From Gammaproteobacteria bacterium (GTDB taxonomy: Bacteria > Pseudomonadota > Gammaproteobacteria > JABABF01 > JAHRAO01): 64,000 nt of DNA. Shown here piece by piece: positions 1 through 11,060 of this stretch (positions are counted from its first letter, which is position 1; each line of letters begins with the position of its first letter). Below the pieces are notes generated by a model. It was not told the origin of the DNA, searched no databases, and was given only the letters and a program-made list of their open reading frames with translations. The DNA lies in NCBI GenBank assembly GCA_020027215.1, contig JAHRAO010000038.1, positions 30,179-94,178 on the forward strand, in the 5' to 3' direction. The position numbers and the translations under genes are program-made.

Positions 1-692
1 CTGTCTAAAGGCATCCATTGCCGTGCTTGAGCATCCCATATTCCCCCATCTCTGCCATCAATAGTTTGATAAATTAAAGCAATTCGTCCAATTTGCAACA
101 TATTGACATCTAATGGATTGCCATCAATATTGAGAGTGGTTTTGTAAGTGCTTATTTTACGTCCATACTCATTGATCTCAATTTTGTAAGCTTCCAATAC
201 TTGACGGAATTTCTCGCCGATGCTGATACCGGATAAATTCATATTGCGCCGTAAATGCGCAATACGCTGCCGCCGCTCTTCTATATAGAGAGGAGCATCC
301 AGCTCAATGAAATTTTCTAATGTATTCAGCATTTTTAGTGCGATACTGGGGATTTGCCGCTGCACAATGGTCGCTTCGCGGATAGATTTTTCGTAATTAC
401 TTAATCGTTTCTTTTGGTTGGTAATAGTAGCTAACAATATTCCGTTATGAATTTTTAACCCCTCTATGCTTTTGAGCAAGCGATGGTATTCATCAACTGA
501 TTTTTTTGTGTCATTGGCAATTTTATCAATTCGCTTTTGCGAAGCTTGTGCAATACTGATATTTTGCTGCGCAACCTTTAACACCTTCTCCAATGGATCG
601 GACTGTGCGGTCACATAATGAGATACGAATAGTAATACACAACACACCCCCCCACGGCAAATGATAGTGGACAATGTCTTAGCAATATGCAT
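1..692 (-). CDS. Periplasmic coiled-coil protein, DUF3450-like. Partial: the C-terminus runs off the window start.
   Basis: Minus-strand ATG at 690-692 is preceded by the RBS AAGGGGGAG. The translation MHIAKTLSTIICRGGVCCVLLFVSHYVTAQS has a signal peptide. The remainder is K/E/Q-rich coiled coil, typical of DUF3450 proteins found with ExbB/TolQ-type systems. Not in the ORF table because it reaches the window edge. Confidence 0.4.
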   Translation of the reverse strand, partial: MHIAKTLSTIICRGGVCCVLLFVSHYVTAQSDPLEKVLKVAQQNISIAQASQKRIDKIANDTKKSVDEYHRLLKSIEGLKIHNGILLATITNQKKRLSNYEKSIREATIVQRQIPSIALKMLNTLENFIELDAPLYIEERRQRIAHLRRNMNLSGISIGEKFRQVLEAYKIEINEYGRKISTYKTTLNIDGNPLDVNMLQIGRIALIYQTIDGRDGGIWDAQARQWMPLD

Positions 693-943
693 GTCTCCCC
701 CTTGTTATTCTCATGTTCTAATTATTACTCAGCTGTTTCTCCGTGCTATTTGGCTATTATTATCATAAGAGCATAACCTCTAATGATCTGTCATCATACC
801 ACAAATGACAATAATTAGCAGGGTATTATATCCTATGTTGGATGCTTGTGCAAACATAAGGAAATGTCAATACAAAACAATAGCGGTTATAATGAAAAAA
901 ATGCATATATTGAAGTTGGGTAAATTAGTGAAGGAGAATTGCA

Positions 944-3616
944 ATGATAAATGAGCAGTATAAAAAGCCTTTAATCGTCAAAGGAAATGAGCGAGGATTT
1001 TATTATTCACTTCCGCAATTAGAAGTAGAAGGCATTGGCACAGTATCGCGCCTGCCTCTATCGATTCGCCTGGTTTTAGAATCGGTATTACGCAATTGTG
1101 ATGAAGAACGTATTACCACAAATCATATTAAGCAATTAGCCAACTGGCAACCAACAGGTAAGAGGGAGGAGGAAATTCCTTTCGTCGTTGGGCGAGTTGT
1201 TTTGCAGGATTTTACAGGAGTGCCGTTGCTTACCGATTTAGCGGCAATGCGTGATGCGACAATTGCCCAAAAGAGTCAAGCGAGCCTTATTGAACCGATG
1301 GTGCCGGTAGACCTCGTCGTCGATCATTCGGTGCAGGTGGATTATTACGGCTCGGAGAGTGCCATGCAAAAAAATATGGAGAAAGAATTTGCGCGCAATC
1401 GCGAGCGCTATGAATTTCTCAAATGGGGTGCAAATGCTTTCCAAACGTTTAATGTTGTTCCTCCGGGGATCGGCATCGTGCATCAAGTTAATTTAGAAAA
1501 TTTAGCCAAAGGTGTATTAGAGCGCGATTCGGTGTATTATCCCGATACTTTAGTGGGTACGGATTCACATACCACTATGATCAATGGCGTTGGGGTTGTC
1601 GGATGGGGTGTCGGTGGGATTGAAGCGGAGTCGGCAATGTTGGGGCAACCAGTTTATATCTTAACTCCAGATGTGATAGGCGTTCATTTACAAGGTGAAT
1701 TAGTATCGGGCGTCACGGCGACCGATTTGGTGCTCACGATTACGGAAATGCTCCGTGCAGCAAAAGTGGTGGGTAAATTTGTTGAATTTTTTGGCGAAGG
1801 GGCGCGCTCATTGTCCGTTCCTGACCGAGCAACCATTGCCAATATGGCTCCAGAATATGGCGCTACTATGGGTTTTTTCCCCATAGATGAAAAAACTATT
1901 GAGTATTTCCGTGCGACTGGACGCAGTGAAGAACATTTAGCATTGGTGACGGCTTATTATCAAGCGCAACAATGTTGGGGTATTCCATTAGCTGGCGAAT
2001 GCGATTATACACAGCAGATGGAGTTACGTCTTGACCAGATAGTTCCGTCAGTAGCGGGTCCAAAACGCCCACAAGATAGAATTGCATTATCGGCGTTGAA
2101 GAAAAAATTCCAATCGCTTTATACGCAAACGATTGTTGACGGTGGTTATGGAAAATCTATGGAACATCTAGCGCAGCGTTATCCGACAAACCAAGATGGA
2201 ATTGATATAGGCGATGGCGATATTCTTATTGCCGCCATTACCTCGTGCACGAATACATCTAATCCGAGTGTTATCCTTGCCGCAGGCTTGCTCGCTAAAA
2301 AAGCAGTGGAACGAGGGCTGAAACCATCGCCACGAGTGAAGACTTCACTTGCCCCTGGTTCGCGGGTGGTGAGCGATTATCTGCACCATGCCGGCTTGCT
2401 ACCCTACTTGGAACAAATTGGGTTTAATCAAGTCGGATACGGCTGCACAACCTGTATAGGTAATTCTGGACCACTGGCACCAGAATATGAAAAAGCCATA
2501 GTAGACCATCAACTGGTGGGCGTATCGGTTTTATCGGGTAACCGCAATTTTGAAGCGCGCGTGCATCAAAATATTCGTGCGAACTTCTTAATGAGCCCAC
2601 CTTTGGTCGTTGCGTTTGCCCTCGCTGGGCGTATTGATATTGATATGGAAAATGAACCACTGGGCACAGATCAGAATAACCAACCGGTGTATTTGCGCGA
2701 TATATGGCCATCGAGCGATGAAATTGAAGCGGTCATGCCTTATGCTATTGACCCGCAGCACTATCGTCAACGATATGAAGAGGGTTATGCAGATAAAATT
2801 ACTTTGTGGCGTGATATTCCCAGTGGTAGTGGTCATTGTTATCAATGGCAGGAAGCATCTACCTATATTCGTAAACCACCTTTCTTCAACTTGCAGGACA
2901 ATGGTGGCGAAATTTGCTCAGCGCGTGCTTTAGCGCTATTAGGCGATTCGGTCACCACCGACCATATTAGCCCAGCGGGGGCGATTAAACCTGATTCGCC
3001 GGCGGGATTGTATTTGCAAGATAATGGCGTAGATGTGGGCGATTATAATACCTACGGATCGCGCCGCGGCAACCATGAAATTATGTTGCGCGGCACTTTT
3101 GCCAATGTGCGTATTCACAACTTGATGGTTCCCGGCAGTGAAGGTGGAGTGACCACTCATATTCCGTCAAATGAAACACTATCTATTTATGATGCCGCTA
3201 TGCGTTACCAAAAAGAAGCAACCCCTTTGTTAGTTTTTGCCGGTGAGGAATACGGCACCGGCTCTTCACGCGATTGGGCAGCCAAAGGGACCCGCTTATT
3301 AGGCGTGAAAGCTGTGATTGCGAGCAGTTTTGAACGTATTCACCGTAGCAATTTAATTGGTATGGGGGTTTTACCGTGTCAGTTTGTGGATGATGTATCG
3401 GTGCAATCACTTGCCCTTACTGGGGACGAATCTTTTGATATTGTGGGTCTCACCGAAACCATTACCCCACATGAGCGAGTGACACTGCGCATTCACCGCC
3501 CCAATAGCCTTGTGGAAGAAGTGCCTTTATTAGTTCGCGTCGATACGCCGATTGAGAGCCAATACTACGCCTGTAACGGTATTTTGCCGTTTGTATTATC
3601 CCAATTAGTACACTGA
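944..3616 (+). CDS. acnA: Aconitate hydratase A
   Basis: 890 aa. Aconitase family motifs are present ([30 protein letters not shown] swivel domain). RBS GAAGGAGAA lies just upstream of the ATG. The gene stands alone and is not in a prp cluster, so AcnA is favoured over AcnD. Confidence 0.85.
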   Translation: MINEQYKKPLIVKGNERGFYYSLPQLEVEGIGTVSRLPLSIRLVLESVLRNCDEERITTNHIKQLANWQPTGKREEEIPFVVGRVVLQDFTGVPLLTDLAAMRDATIAQKSQASLIEPMVPVDLVVDHSVQVDYYGSESAMQKNMEKEFARNRERYEFLKWGANAFQTFNVVPPGIGIVHQVNLENLAKGVLERDSVYYPDTLVGTDSHTTMINGVGVVGWGVGGIEAESAMLGQPVYILTPDVIGVHLQGELVSGVTATDLVLTITEMLRAAKVVGKFVEFFGEGARSLSVPDRATIANMAPEYGATMGFFPIDEKTIEYFRATGRSEEHLALVTAYYQAQQCWGIPLAGECDYTQQMELRLDQIVPSVAGPKRPQDRIALSALKKKFQSLYTQTIVDGGYGKSMEHLAQRYPTNQDGIDIGDGDILIAAITSCTNTSNPSVILAAGLLAKKAVERGLKPSPRVKTSLAPGSRVVSDYLHHAGLLPYLEQIGFNQVGYGCTTCIGNSGPLAPEYEKAIVDHQLVGVSVLSGNRNFEARVHQNIRANFLMSPPLVVAFALAGRIDIDMENEPLGTDQNNQPVYLRDIWPSSDEIEAVMPYAIDPQHYRQRYEEGYADKITLWRDIPSGSGHCYQWQEASTYIRKPPFFNLQDNGGEICSARALALLGDSVTTDHISPAGAIKPDSPAGLYLQDNGVDVGDYNTYGSRRGNHEIMLRGTFANVRIHNLMVPGSEGGVTTHIPSNETLSIYDAAMRYQKEATPLLVFAGEEYGTGSSRDWAAKGTRLLGVKAVIASSFERIHRSNLIGMGVLPCQFVDDVSVQSLALTGDESFDIVGLTETITPHERVTLRIHRPNSLVEEVPLLVRVDTPIESQYYACNGILPFVLSQLVH

Positions 3617-4180
3617 TGTGCCCCGTTGGGCGAGATGCTGGCGGTAGTAATGCCAACGAAAAGCTGGACCCGGGTCAGTTTTGCGTTCTGGCGCAATATC
3701 GCTATGGCCGCAGATATGCTTCATCTCAGGGTAATGGTGCTGGAGGATAAGGGTGAGGGTGACGAGAGAGTCGTATTGCGCTATTTCGTAAGGGGTATGA
3801 TCGCTCCCTTCTAATTCTACACCGATACTAAAATCATTGCATTGTGTGCGCCCTTGAAACGCCGATTGTCCGGCGTGCCACGCCGCTAAATGAAATGGCA
3901 CGTATTGCGTCATAGTGCCGTTGCGCTCAATAAAGATATGTGCGGATACCCGCAATTCATGAATAGTCGCAAAATAAGGGTGGGCCGACGGATCGAGCGT
4001 ATTACAAAATAGTTGATGAATATAGTGTGCATGAAACTCTCCCGGCGGCAAACTAATATTATGGATAACCAATAATTGAATAGGGCACCGAGATGGGCGC
4101 GGTGAGTGATTAGGGGAGGGGATATGGCGGATATTTGTTATCCATCCGTTGCGGATGTGCAGTGCATCGTCATTTTTCAT
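3605..4180 (-). CDS. ampD: 1,6-anhydro-N-acetylmuramyl-L-alanine amidase AmpD (N-acetylmuramoyl-L-alanine amidase family 2)
   Basis: [61 protein letters not shown]...WHAG...[11 protein letters not shown] aligns along its full length with E. coli AmpD. I chose the internal Met ([13 protein letters not shown]) as start. The longer 236-aa ORF would overlap gspB by 145 nt. Confidence 0.75.
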   Translation of the reverse strand: MKNDDALHIRNGWITNIRHIPSPNHSPRPSRCPIQLLVIHNISLPPGEFHAHYIHQLFCNTLDPSAHPYFATIHELRVSAHIFIERNGTMTQYVPFHLAAWHAGQSAFQGRTQCNDFSIGVELEGSDHTPYEIAQYDSLVTLTLILQHHYPEMKHICGHSDIAPERKTDPGPAFRWHYYRQHLAQRGTSVY

Positions 4181-5057
4181 TGACGGCAATGCGGAATAAT
4201 TGTTCTTGGTGACGGAATACGACTTCGTTTTCAAATATTTCTTTGACGAAGATACCATTTTGCATGGTATCGCCTTGTCGCAAAAATTCATCATTGGCAA
4301 TAATAAACCGTCCATGGGTATTGTGGGGGGAAAAAACCTGTGCCGTAATCCGAATATAAGGGATTAATTGACGCTGTGGGTTCGGCAAATTTTCCCAGAA
4401 AGGTATCGTAGGGTCGGCAGCACGAGACAATGATGTGGTGTTTGTCATTGTGTGCGAGAGCAATTGTTGCGCATCGGGCACCTCTGATAGAGTATGTGCT
4501 AAAGATGTATGCGTTGAATCGCCCTGCGGAGAAAGCGGTTGGCGGGCAGTGCCTAAAAGAGTAGACGAAATAGCGCCGACAGTGTTGTCCGTAGCGACTA
4601 AATCCTTTGCAGTCGTTTGACCCATCTGTGCACTCGTAGATGAAATAGCGATAGATGCGGTGGAATCAGAATGATCCACGGACGCTGGCAAATTATCAAT
4701 GGATCCTGGTGTGTGCTGTGTGGTAATGACTGGACTCGATGGAAGAATAATAGGCTCTATTGAGGGTTGATGTTGCGTGAATGGTTGGGTACTCGGTGTG
4801 TGATTATGCAACAAAGTGGGCGATGATTCTTCGTTCCACTGTGTTGGCGGGGACACAATATTATTGTGCGTTGATTGATACCACCAAAACCATGCCGCAG
4901 CATTGAGGATAAAGATTGCGCCCCCCACGATGAATAGAATTGCTTTGTAAGATACGGGGCGTGGCGTCTCCTGCCAATCAATGCCACCGCGATCTGTATT
5001 TTTTTCGCGTAGTCGTTCACGTTCAGATTTTTTGAGCGCCTCTAAGATATAGGACAT
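4170..5057 (-). CDS. gspB: Type II secretion accessory protein GspB/ExeB-like
   Basis: N-terminus MSYILEALKKSERERLR is the signature cytoplasmic start of ExeB/GspB. It has one TM segment followed by a long Ser/Thr/Pro-rich periplasmic region. It lies directly downstream of the ExeA-like gene. Confidence 0.6.
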   Translation of the reverse strand: MSYILEALKKSERERLREKNTDRGGIDWQETPRPVSYKAILFIVGGAIFILNAAAWFWWYQSTHNNIVSPPTQWNEESSPTLLHNHTPSTQPFTQHQPSIEPIILPSSPVITTQHTPGSIDNLPASVDHSDSTASIAISSTSAQMGQTTAKDLVATDNTVGAISSTLLGTARQPLSPQGDSTHTSLAHTLSEVPDAQQLLSHTMTNTTSLSRAADPTIPFWENLPNPQRQLIPYIRITAQVFSPHNTHGRFIIANDEFLRQGDTMQNGIFVKEIFENEVVFRHQEQLFRIAVNEK

Positions 5058-5069
5058 TTGTTAATCTTA

Positions 5070-6632
5070 TTATTCATGAGTTGCTGCAGCAATTAAAAAA
5101 GGATGGCTCTGTGCGATTTTATTATTTAAGTGAATAATCGTTTGCGGTCCGAGAATGCCGTCAACAAATAGGTGATGTGTGATCTGAAATTTTTTGAGCC
5201 ATGAGCGCATATTATCCGCAGAAGGCGCAATATCTGGATTGAGTTCGCTGAAATGACGCACAAACCAATCGGGTATGTGATGAGATAAATTGATGGGTTG
5301 CGTATAATTGGGCGGTGCGCGCCACAATAATTGATAATCTCCAAACCATAAATCTTCCAATGTTTGAAGAGATATTTTTATTTTGTCGTCACCGTAAGCA
5401 ATAGTGGCGTGTCTGTCATCCAGTGCAATAAGGGCGACATGAAAAGCGCGACCATTGGGGTTGCGCAATTTATTTAATACGACTGGACGATTGAAACGGC
5501 GGAGCGATCCCATATTCCCTTTCACGGTGAGGCATTTTAATTGCCATTGCCGTGCATATGCACAGGGTAATTCGTGTTGAGTCGGTTGATAATCAATATT
5601 CCAGCGCGCAAATAAAGCCCTGAAAGCTTGTGCTTGTCCGATACGGTTCTCTTCATTTCCCCAACGGTGGAGGGTATTCCACTCGCTGGAATGATGATCT
5701 GTCGGAGGCGGTGAGTCGTAGAATAGTATAAAGACTGCGGCAATAATGCTTACTCCAGCGGCGATCCCCAGCACAGGGTAAACCGGTAAACGCGCAATGT
5801 ATTGCCATAGACGGATAGTCCATAAAGTTGTCCCTAATACTTCACGTGCCGCTTGTTTGAGTATGTGCCGAGTGATAACAGGGTGTTCTTGCGCATAGGC
5901 GCCGAGCAATGCGCGATCGCAAATGGCATTAATAATGCGCGGGATACCGTGGGTGAAGCGATACAATGGGGCAATAAGATTGCGCGCAAAAATGGGGTGA
6001 TGGATGCCAGCAATTTTTAGTCGGTGCTGCAAATAAGGATAAATTTCGTTGTGGGGGAGATGCGGCAAGTGATAGCGGGCTGTAATGCGCTGTGCCATTT
6101 GTTTGAGTTCTTGTTGATTGAGAATGTCACGTAATTCGGGTTGCCCGATTAAAATAATCTGTAGTAATTTGCGTTCGGTGGTTTCTAAATTGGTCAATAA
6201 ACGCAACTGTTCTAATGCTTCAGTGCTCAGATTTTGCGCCTCATCGATAATTAATATTGTGTTGCGCTGGCGAGCATGGGCATCCAATAAATGATCGTTG
6301 AGACGATCGAGCATGGTTTTATTTCCGCGCGCCTGTTTGGGATAACTGACCTTCAATTCATCGCATACTGCGGCGAGTAGTTCTTCTGGATTAAGTTTTG
6401 GATTAACGATCAGTGCGACATCACAATTGGCGGAGATTTGTTGTAATAAACACTGGCACAATAATGTTTTACCTGCCCCTACTTCACCAGTGAGCAGGAC
6501 AAACCCTCCGTTTTCCACGCCATATACTAAATGCGCTAATGCTTCTCGGTGATAGGTGCTGAGATACAAGTAGCGCGGATCAGGTGCAATGGAAAAAGGT
6601 TTTTCTAAAAGACCAAAATAATTTTCATACAT
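5070..6632 (-). CDS. gspA: Type II secretion accessory ATPase GspA/ExeA (AAA+ N-domain, C-terminal peptidoglycan-binding domain)
   Basis: MYENYFGLLEKPFSIAPDPRYLYLSTYHREALAHLVYGV...LLTGEVGAGKTLL matches the ExeA N-terminus with its Walker A. There is a TM segment. The C-terminal ...DGILGPQTIIHLN is a PG-binding-like motif. Confidence 0.8.
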   Translation of the reverse strand: MYENYFGLLEKPFSIAPDPRYLYLSTYHREALAHLVYGVENGGFVLLTGEVGAGKTLLCQCLLQQISANCDVALIVNPKLNPEELLAAVCDELKVSYPKQARGNKTMLDRLNDHLLDAHARQRNTILIIDEAQNLSTEALEQLRLLTNLETTERKLLQIILIGQPELRDILNQQELKQMAQRITARYHLPHLPHNEIYPYLQHRLKIAGIHHPIFARNLIAPLYRFTHGIPRIINAICDRALLGAYAQEHPVITRHILKQAAREVLGTTLWTIRLWQYIARLPVYPVLGIAAGVSIIAAVFILFYDSPPPTDHHSSEWNTLHRWGNEENRIGQAQAFRALFARWNIDYQPTQHELPCAYARQWQLKCLTVKGNMGSLRRFNRPVVLNKLRNPNGRAFHVALIALDDRHATIAYGDDKIKISLQTLEDLWFGDYQLLWRAPPNYTQPINLSHHIPDWFVRHFSELNPDIAPSADNMRSWLKKFQITHHLFVDGILGPQTIIHLNNKIAQSHPFLIAAATHE

Positions 6633-6763
6633 ACATTCATTGTAGCAAGGAAAGCGATTAATTCATTATCTGCATTGAAATATGTCTTTACTGTTATAAT
6701 AATAGTTGCAGATATTTTTTGTCTAACATACAATAGTGGTTTTTGAGATACAGTAAACATAAC

Positions 6764-7903
6764 ATGGCTTGGGACGATTCACATAATACAGGACCGCGGC
6801 AAAATCCACCCGATATATTCACGGCTATCACGCAATTGATTGTGCGGCTTAAGAAAATGTTTAATAATGCAGCGGGGCACAATGGCGGTGATAGCGACAA
6901 TAATAGCAAGTCCCCACGGAACTTCTTGTTCATTGTTGTGCTCCTTGCTGTCGCCATCATCTGGGGTTTGTTTGGTATTTATCAGCTAGACCAACAAGAG
7001 CGAGCGGTCATTTTGCGCTTAGGAAAGTATAACCGTACGGTGGGTCCAGGTTTACATTGGATGCCGCCATTATTGGAAAGTCGTACGGCAGTAAATGTTA
7101 CGAAAGTGTATACATGGCCTCACCAAGCCACCATGTTGACCGAAGACGAAAATATCATTGATGTCAATATTTCGGTGCAATACCTCATTGAGAATGCCGA
7201 TTTCTTTGTCCTCAAAGTCAATAATCCTCTCGCAACCCTGGGATTGGCGGCAGAAAGTGCGCTGCGCCATGTGGTTGGTGAGTCGGAAATGGATGAAGTG
7301 ATCGCAACCGGCAGGGCAGAAATTGCGGTGAATGTCCAAGAGAGATTGCAACGTTACCTCAATACTTATCAAACGGGCATCCAAATTTTGCAAGTGAATA
7401 TTGATAATGCACAGGCACCGAAACAAGTCCGTGAAGCTTTTGACGATGTCGTCAAAGCGCGCGAAGATAAAGAACGATTTATCAATGAAGCCAAAACGTA
7501 TGCCAATGGTATTGTGCCTGAAGCACGCGGGCAAGCAAAGCGACAAATTGAAGAAGCAACCGCCTATCGTGAACAAGTCATCGCCCAGGCAACTGGTGAT
7601 GCATCGCGGTTTGTGCAATTATTTACCGAATATAGTAAGAGCCCCAAAGTAACGCGTGAGCGCTTGTATTTAGATGCTATGCAAGAGGTATTGGGCAATA
7701 CCTCTAAAATCCTGGTCGATTCGAAAAGCGGGAGTAACAATATTTTTTACTTACCTTTAGATAAAATGATGGAATTGGGGCGACAGAATAGCAGTAATTC
7801 ACTTCAACTGGATAGTACTGCTGTCCAAGAATTGACGCGGAGTATCAAGCAACAATTAGAACGTTCCAACAACTATAAATCATCTAGACGGAGCAGTAGA
7901 TGA
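6764..7903 (+). CDS. hflK: FtsH protease modulator HflK
   Basis: MAWDDSHNTGP...NFLFIVVLLAVAIIWGLFGIY (TM) followed by a band-7/SPFH domain. Start taken at the ATG at 6764; the ORF-table start at 6743 is a TTG. Confidence 0.85.
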   Translation: MAWDDSHNTGPRQNPPDIFTAITQLIVRLKKMFNNAAGHNGGDSDNNSKSPRNFLFIVVLLAVAIIWGLFGIYQLDQQERAVILRLGKYNRTVGPGLHWMPPLLESRTAVNVTKVYTWPHQATMLTEDENIIDVNISVQYLIENADFFVLKVNNPLATLGLAAESALRHVVGESEMDEVIATGRAEIAVNVQERLQRYLNTYQTGIQILQVNIDNAQAPKQVREAFDDVVKAREDKERFINEAKTYANGIVPEARGQAKRQIEEATAYREQVIAQATGDASRFVQLFTEYSKSPKVTRERLYLDAMQEVLGNTSKILVDSKSGSNNIFYLPLDKMMELGRQNSSNSLQLDSTAVQELTRSIKQQLERSNNYKSSRRSSR

Positions 7904-8781
7904 ACCTCAATCGTGTAACAATTTTTTGGTTAGCTGTATTGGGCATAGCGCTATTCATTGCCAGCAATACTTTATATATCGTCAAAGAAACTGAACGCGC
8001 TATCTTATTGCGTTTTGGTGAATTGGTGCGTGCCGATATTCCACCTGGCCTGCATTTTAAGATGCCGATTATGCATCAAGTCCGTTTGTTTAACCGCCGC
8101 ATTTTAACTGTTGATTCTAATCCAGAACGATTTCTCACTAAAGAAAAGAAATTTTTAGAAGTGGATTCATTTGCGCAATGGCGTGTCTACGATGTTAGCC
8201 AGTATTATACGGCAACTAATGGTGAAGTGCGTCGTGCTGAGGCATTGTTGGCACAGCGCATTAATAATGGGTTGCGTAATAATTTTGGTGTGCGCACTAT
8301 GCACGAAGTGGTTTCCGGAGAGCGTGATGAATTAATGGAAGATTTAACCGAGACACTCGGGGGCATTACGAAGCAAGAATTTGGTATTGAGTTGATTGAT
8401 ATTCGCGTCAAGCGTATCAACCTTCCCCCAGATGTGAGCGAGTCGGTATATAATCGCATGAATACTGAACGCCAACGCAAAGCCCGCGAGTACCGTTCAG
8501 AGGGTTTAGAGCAAGCGGAAGGCATTCGGGCAAAAGCGGATCGAAAAAAAATTGTCATCTTATCCAATGCTTATCGTGAAGCAGAGCAGTTACGCGGTGA
8601 AGGCGACGCTAATGCCACTGCGATATATGCCACAGCATATAATCGTAGTCCAGAATTTTATAAATTTACGCGTAGCTTGAATGCGTATCGCATAGCTTTT
8701 AAGAATAAAAGCGATATTATGTTGCTTGCCCCTGAAGGCGAATTCTTTAAGTATATTGACAACTTGCAAGGCAAGAAATAA
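7900..8781 (+). CDS. hflC: FtsH protease modulator HflC
   Basis: SPFH/band-7 protein with an N-terminal TM. Its start overlaps the hflK stop (ATGA), the classic hflKC arrangement. Confidence 0.85.
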   Translation: MNLNRVTIFWLAVLGIALFIASNTLYIVKETERAILLRFGELVRADIPPGLHFKMPIMHQVRLFNRRILTVDSNPERFLTKEKKFLEVDSFAQWRVYDVSQYYTATNGEVRRAEALLAQRINNGLRNNFGVRTMHEVVSGERDELMEDLTETLGGITKQEFGIELIDIRVKRINLPPDVSESVYNRMNTERQRKAREYRSEGLEQAEGIRAKADRKKIVILSNAYREAEQLRGEGDANATAIYATAYNRSPEFYKFTRSLNAYRIAFKNKSDIMLLAPEGEFFKYIDNLQGKK

Positions 8782-8811
8782 CTTGTTTTTTGCGGTTGTC
8801 GGCACCGAGCA

Positions 8812-9792
8812 ATGAATTGGCTCTTGCCGGAAGGTATGGATGATATCCTCCCCGATCAAGCTGAAAAAATAGAACAGTTAAGGCGAGAGATGTTAGATAT
8901 CTGTTGCGCCGAAAATTACCGCTTGGTTATCCCTCCCCTTATGGAGTATAGCGCATCACTATTGGCAGGGCACCATGAAGATCTCGCTTTGTCAACCTTT
9001 CTCTTTCACGACCATCACAGTGGGCGTCAATTAGGGTTGCGTGCTGATGTGACGACACAAACTGCCCGTATTGATGCCCATCGTTTATGCCACAATGAAG
9101 TGAATAGACTGTGTTATGTGGAAACGGTTGTCCATACTCACTCGCAGACAATGTATGCCTCCCGTTGCCCAATTCAATTAGGTGCTGAATTATATGGGGT
9201 TAAAGGTCTTCAAGGCGATTTAGAGATTCTTTTATTATTAGTACGATTATTGAGAGCAGCTTTATCTCGTCCTATTGTTTTGAGTTTGGGGGATACGCAA
9301 GTGTTGGAGACACTATTGTCCTCCTGCCCGCTTCCAACTAAAAAGTTACTCATCGAAGCTTTACGCCATAAATCTCCCAATGACGTGCGATCTATACTTT
9401 CAGCACATTCCATTGACGCTGCACATTTGGACGCTATAGTGACCTTGACCGCAATGCACGGTGACATAGCGATATTAGATGAGGCGCATCAATTCTATGC
9501 AAATAAATTCCCCGCGATCGGGACGGCGATTGATAATTTAAGGCACCTTACGCACCGATTAAAAAAACAAGTGCCAGATTTGTCGTTTTATTTTGATTTG
9601 AGCGAGTATCTCGGCTATCGCTATCACACAGGATTAGTATTTGCGGCCTATTTATCGGGATACAATTATGTCATCGCTAATGGCGGTCGATGTGATGGAA
9701 TAGGGGCACCGTATGGGAAATCGCGCCCTGCAATCGGCATGAATACTCATTTGAAAACATTGGCATCATTAGTAGCCACCTCAGTACAATGA
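8812..9792 (+). CDS. hisZ: ATP phosphoribosyltransferase regulatory subunit HisZ
   Basis: HisRS-like catalytic-core paralog without an anticodon-binding domain (MNWLLPEGMDDILPDQAEKIEQLRREMLD...). It sits between hflC and purA, as in many non-enteric gammaproteobacteria. Confidence 0.75.
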   Translation: MNWLLPEGMDDILPDQAEKIEQLRREMLDICCAENYRLVIPPLMEYSASLLAGHHEDLALSTFLFHDHHSGRQLGLRADVTTQTARIDAHRLCHNEVNRLCYVETVVHTHSQTMYASRCPIQLGAELYGVKGLQGDLEILLLLVRLLRAALSRPIVLSLGDTQVLETLLSSCPLPTKKLLIEALRHKSPNDVRSILSAHSIDAAHLDAIVTLTAMHGDIAILDEAHQFYANKFPAIGTAIDNLRHLTHRLKKQVPDLSFYFDLSEYLGYRYHTGLVFAAYLSGYNYVIANGGRCDGIGAPYGKSRPAIGMNTHLKTLASLVATSVQ

Positions 9793-11048
9793 ATTCACCC
9801 TTGTTGCAAAATACCATTGTCATCGGAATGCAATGGGGGGATGAAGGCAAAGGAAAAATAATTGATTGGTTGGCACAGGATGCCCAAGCGGTCATTCGTT
9901 TTCAAGGAGGACATAATGCAGGCCATACTATTACAACACTGCGCAAGAAATTGATACTACATCTCATTCCTTCTGGCGCTCTCAATCCAGAGTGTCAATG
10001 TGTCATTGGTAATGGGGTCGTCTTATCATTACAGGCATTAAATACTGAAATGGCAATGCTCAAAGAAAATAATATTGATCTTGCTGAGCGCTTGCACATC
10101 AGTTTGAATTGTCCATTGCTTTTACCAAGCCATGAAGTATTAGATAAGGCGAGTGACAGTATAGGAACCACTTTACGCGGCATTGGACCGGCATACGAAG
10201 ATAAAGTTGCGCGGCGTGGACTGCGTGTGGGTGATTTATTGGATGAAAAGTTTTTTTGTCAGAAAGCGTCGGATTTATTGGATTACCATAATTTTTTGAT
10301 AAATCATTATTACCACCAAAAACCAGTAACTCCCAATCGCGTTATTGATACTTGTCTTAATCTGAGCGAAAAAATTCTGCCTCTATTGTGCGATGTCGCG
10401 ATGCGCTTACATGAATGGCACACAAATAAAAAACGACTATTATTTGAAGGCGCTCAGGGAGTATTATTAGATATTGATCATGGAAGTTATCCCTTTGTCA
10501 CTTCATCCAATACGGTTGCCGGTAATGCGGCTATAGGCACTGGATTTAGCCCCCTGCAATTTAATCAAGTGATTGGTGTGTGTAAGGCCTATACAACCCG
10601 AGTCGGTGAAGGGCCTTTCCCGACCGAAGAGCACAACACCGAGGGTGAAATTTTGCGACAAAAAGGCGAAGAAGTTGGGGCAACTACGGGGCGTCAACGC
10701 CGATGTGGCTGGTTGGATTTGTTCACTTTGCGCCGTATGGTTCTGATCAACAGCATTACAGAGATTATGCTCACTAAATTGGATGTGTTGGATTCTTTTG
10801 CCGAGATTCCAGTATGTATAGACTATAGCGCAGATAAGACTCCGCATTATATCAATTTGCCAGGATGGCAGATCATGACGCATGCGGTCAATCGGTACAA
10901 CGATTTACCAACGCAGGCTCGGGGTTATATTGAGTATATAGAAGATTTTATCGGTGTGCCGATTACAGTCGTTTCTACGGGTAAGATACGTGAACACATT
11001 ATTGTGCGTCATTCCGATCCATACCTTGCGGCAGAAGATCAACGATAA
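9789..11048 (+). CDS. purA: Adenylosuccinate synthetase
   Basis: QWGDEGKGKIID P-loop, GGHNAGHT, TTGRQRRCGWLD. Typical PurA length of 419 aa. Confidence 0.9.
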   Translation: MNSPLLQNTIVIGMQWGDEGKGKIIDWLAQDAQAVIRFQGGHNAGHTITTLRKKLILHLIPSGALNPECQCVIGNGVVLSLQALNTEMAMLKENNIDLAERLHISLNCPLLLPSHEVLDKASDSIGTTLRGIGPAYEDKVARRGLRVGDLLDEKFFCQKASDLLDYHNFLINHYYHQKPVTPNRVIDTCLNLSEKILPLLCDVAMRLHEWHTNKKRLLFEGAQGVLLDIDHGSYPFVTSSNTVAGNAAIGTGFSPLQFNQVIGVCKAYTTRVGEGPFPTEEHNTEGEILRQKGEEVGATTGRQRRCGWLDLFTLRRMVLINSITEIMLTKLDVLDSFAEIPVCIDYSADKTPHYINLPGWQIMTHAVNRYNDLPTQARGYIEYIEDFIGVPITVVSTGKIREHIIVRHSDPYLAAEDQR

Positions 11049-11060
11049 GAGTACCATGCT

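Noticed and set aside
647-653. C7/G7 homopolymer near the 5' end of the partial periplasmic gene (codons 14-16). It could be a slipped-strand phase-variation tract.
   Set aside because: Comparable or longer runs occur inside essential pheT (C8 at 60960-60967 and C9 at 61324-61332, encoding PP/PPP). So homopolymers of this length are tolerated in this genome and are not by themselves evidence of contingency loci.
3605-4315. Full 236-aa ampD ORF with a 45-aa N-terminal extension.
   Set aside because: The extension has no counterpart in AmpD and would overlap gspB by 145 nt. The internal Met aligns with the E. coli AmpD N-terminus.
7070-7618. 182-aa antisense ORF inside hflK.
   Set aside because: It lies entirely within a well-supported SPFH-domain gene on the opposite strand. 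Its Cys/Phe-rich composition is typical of antisense artefacts.
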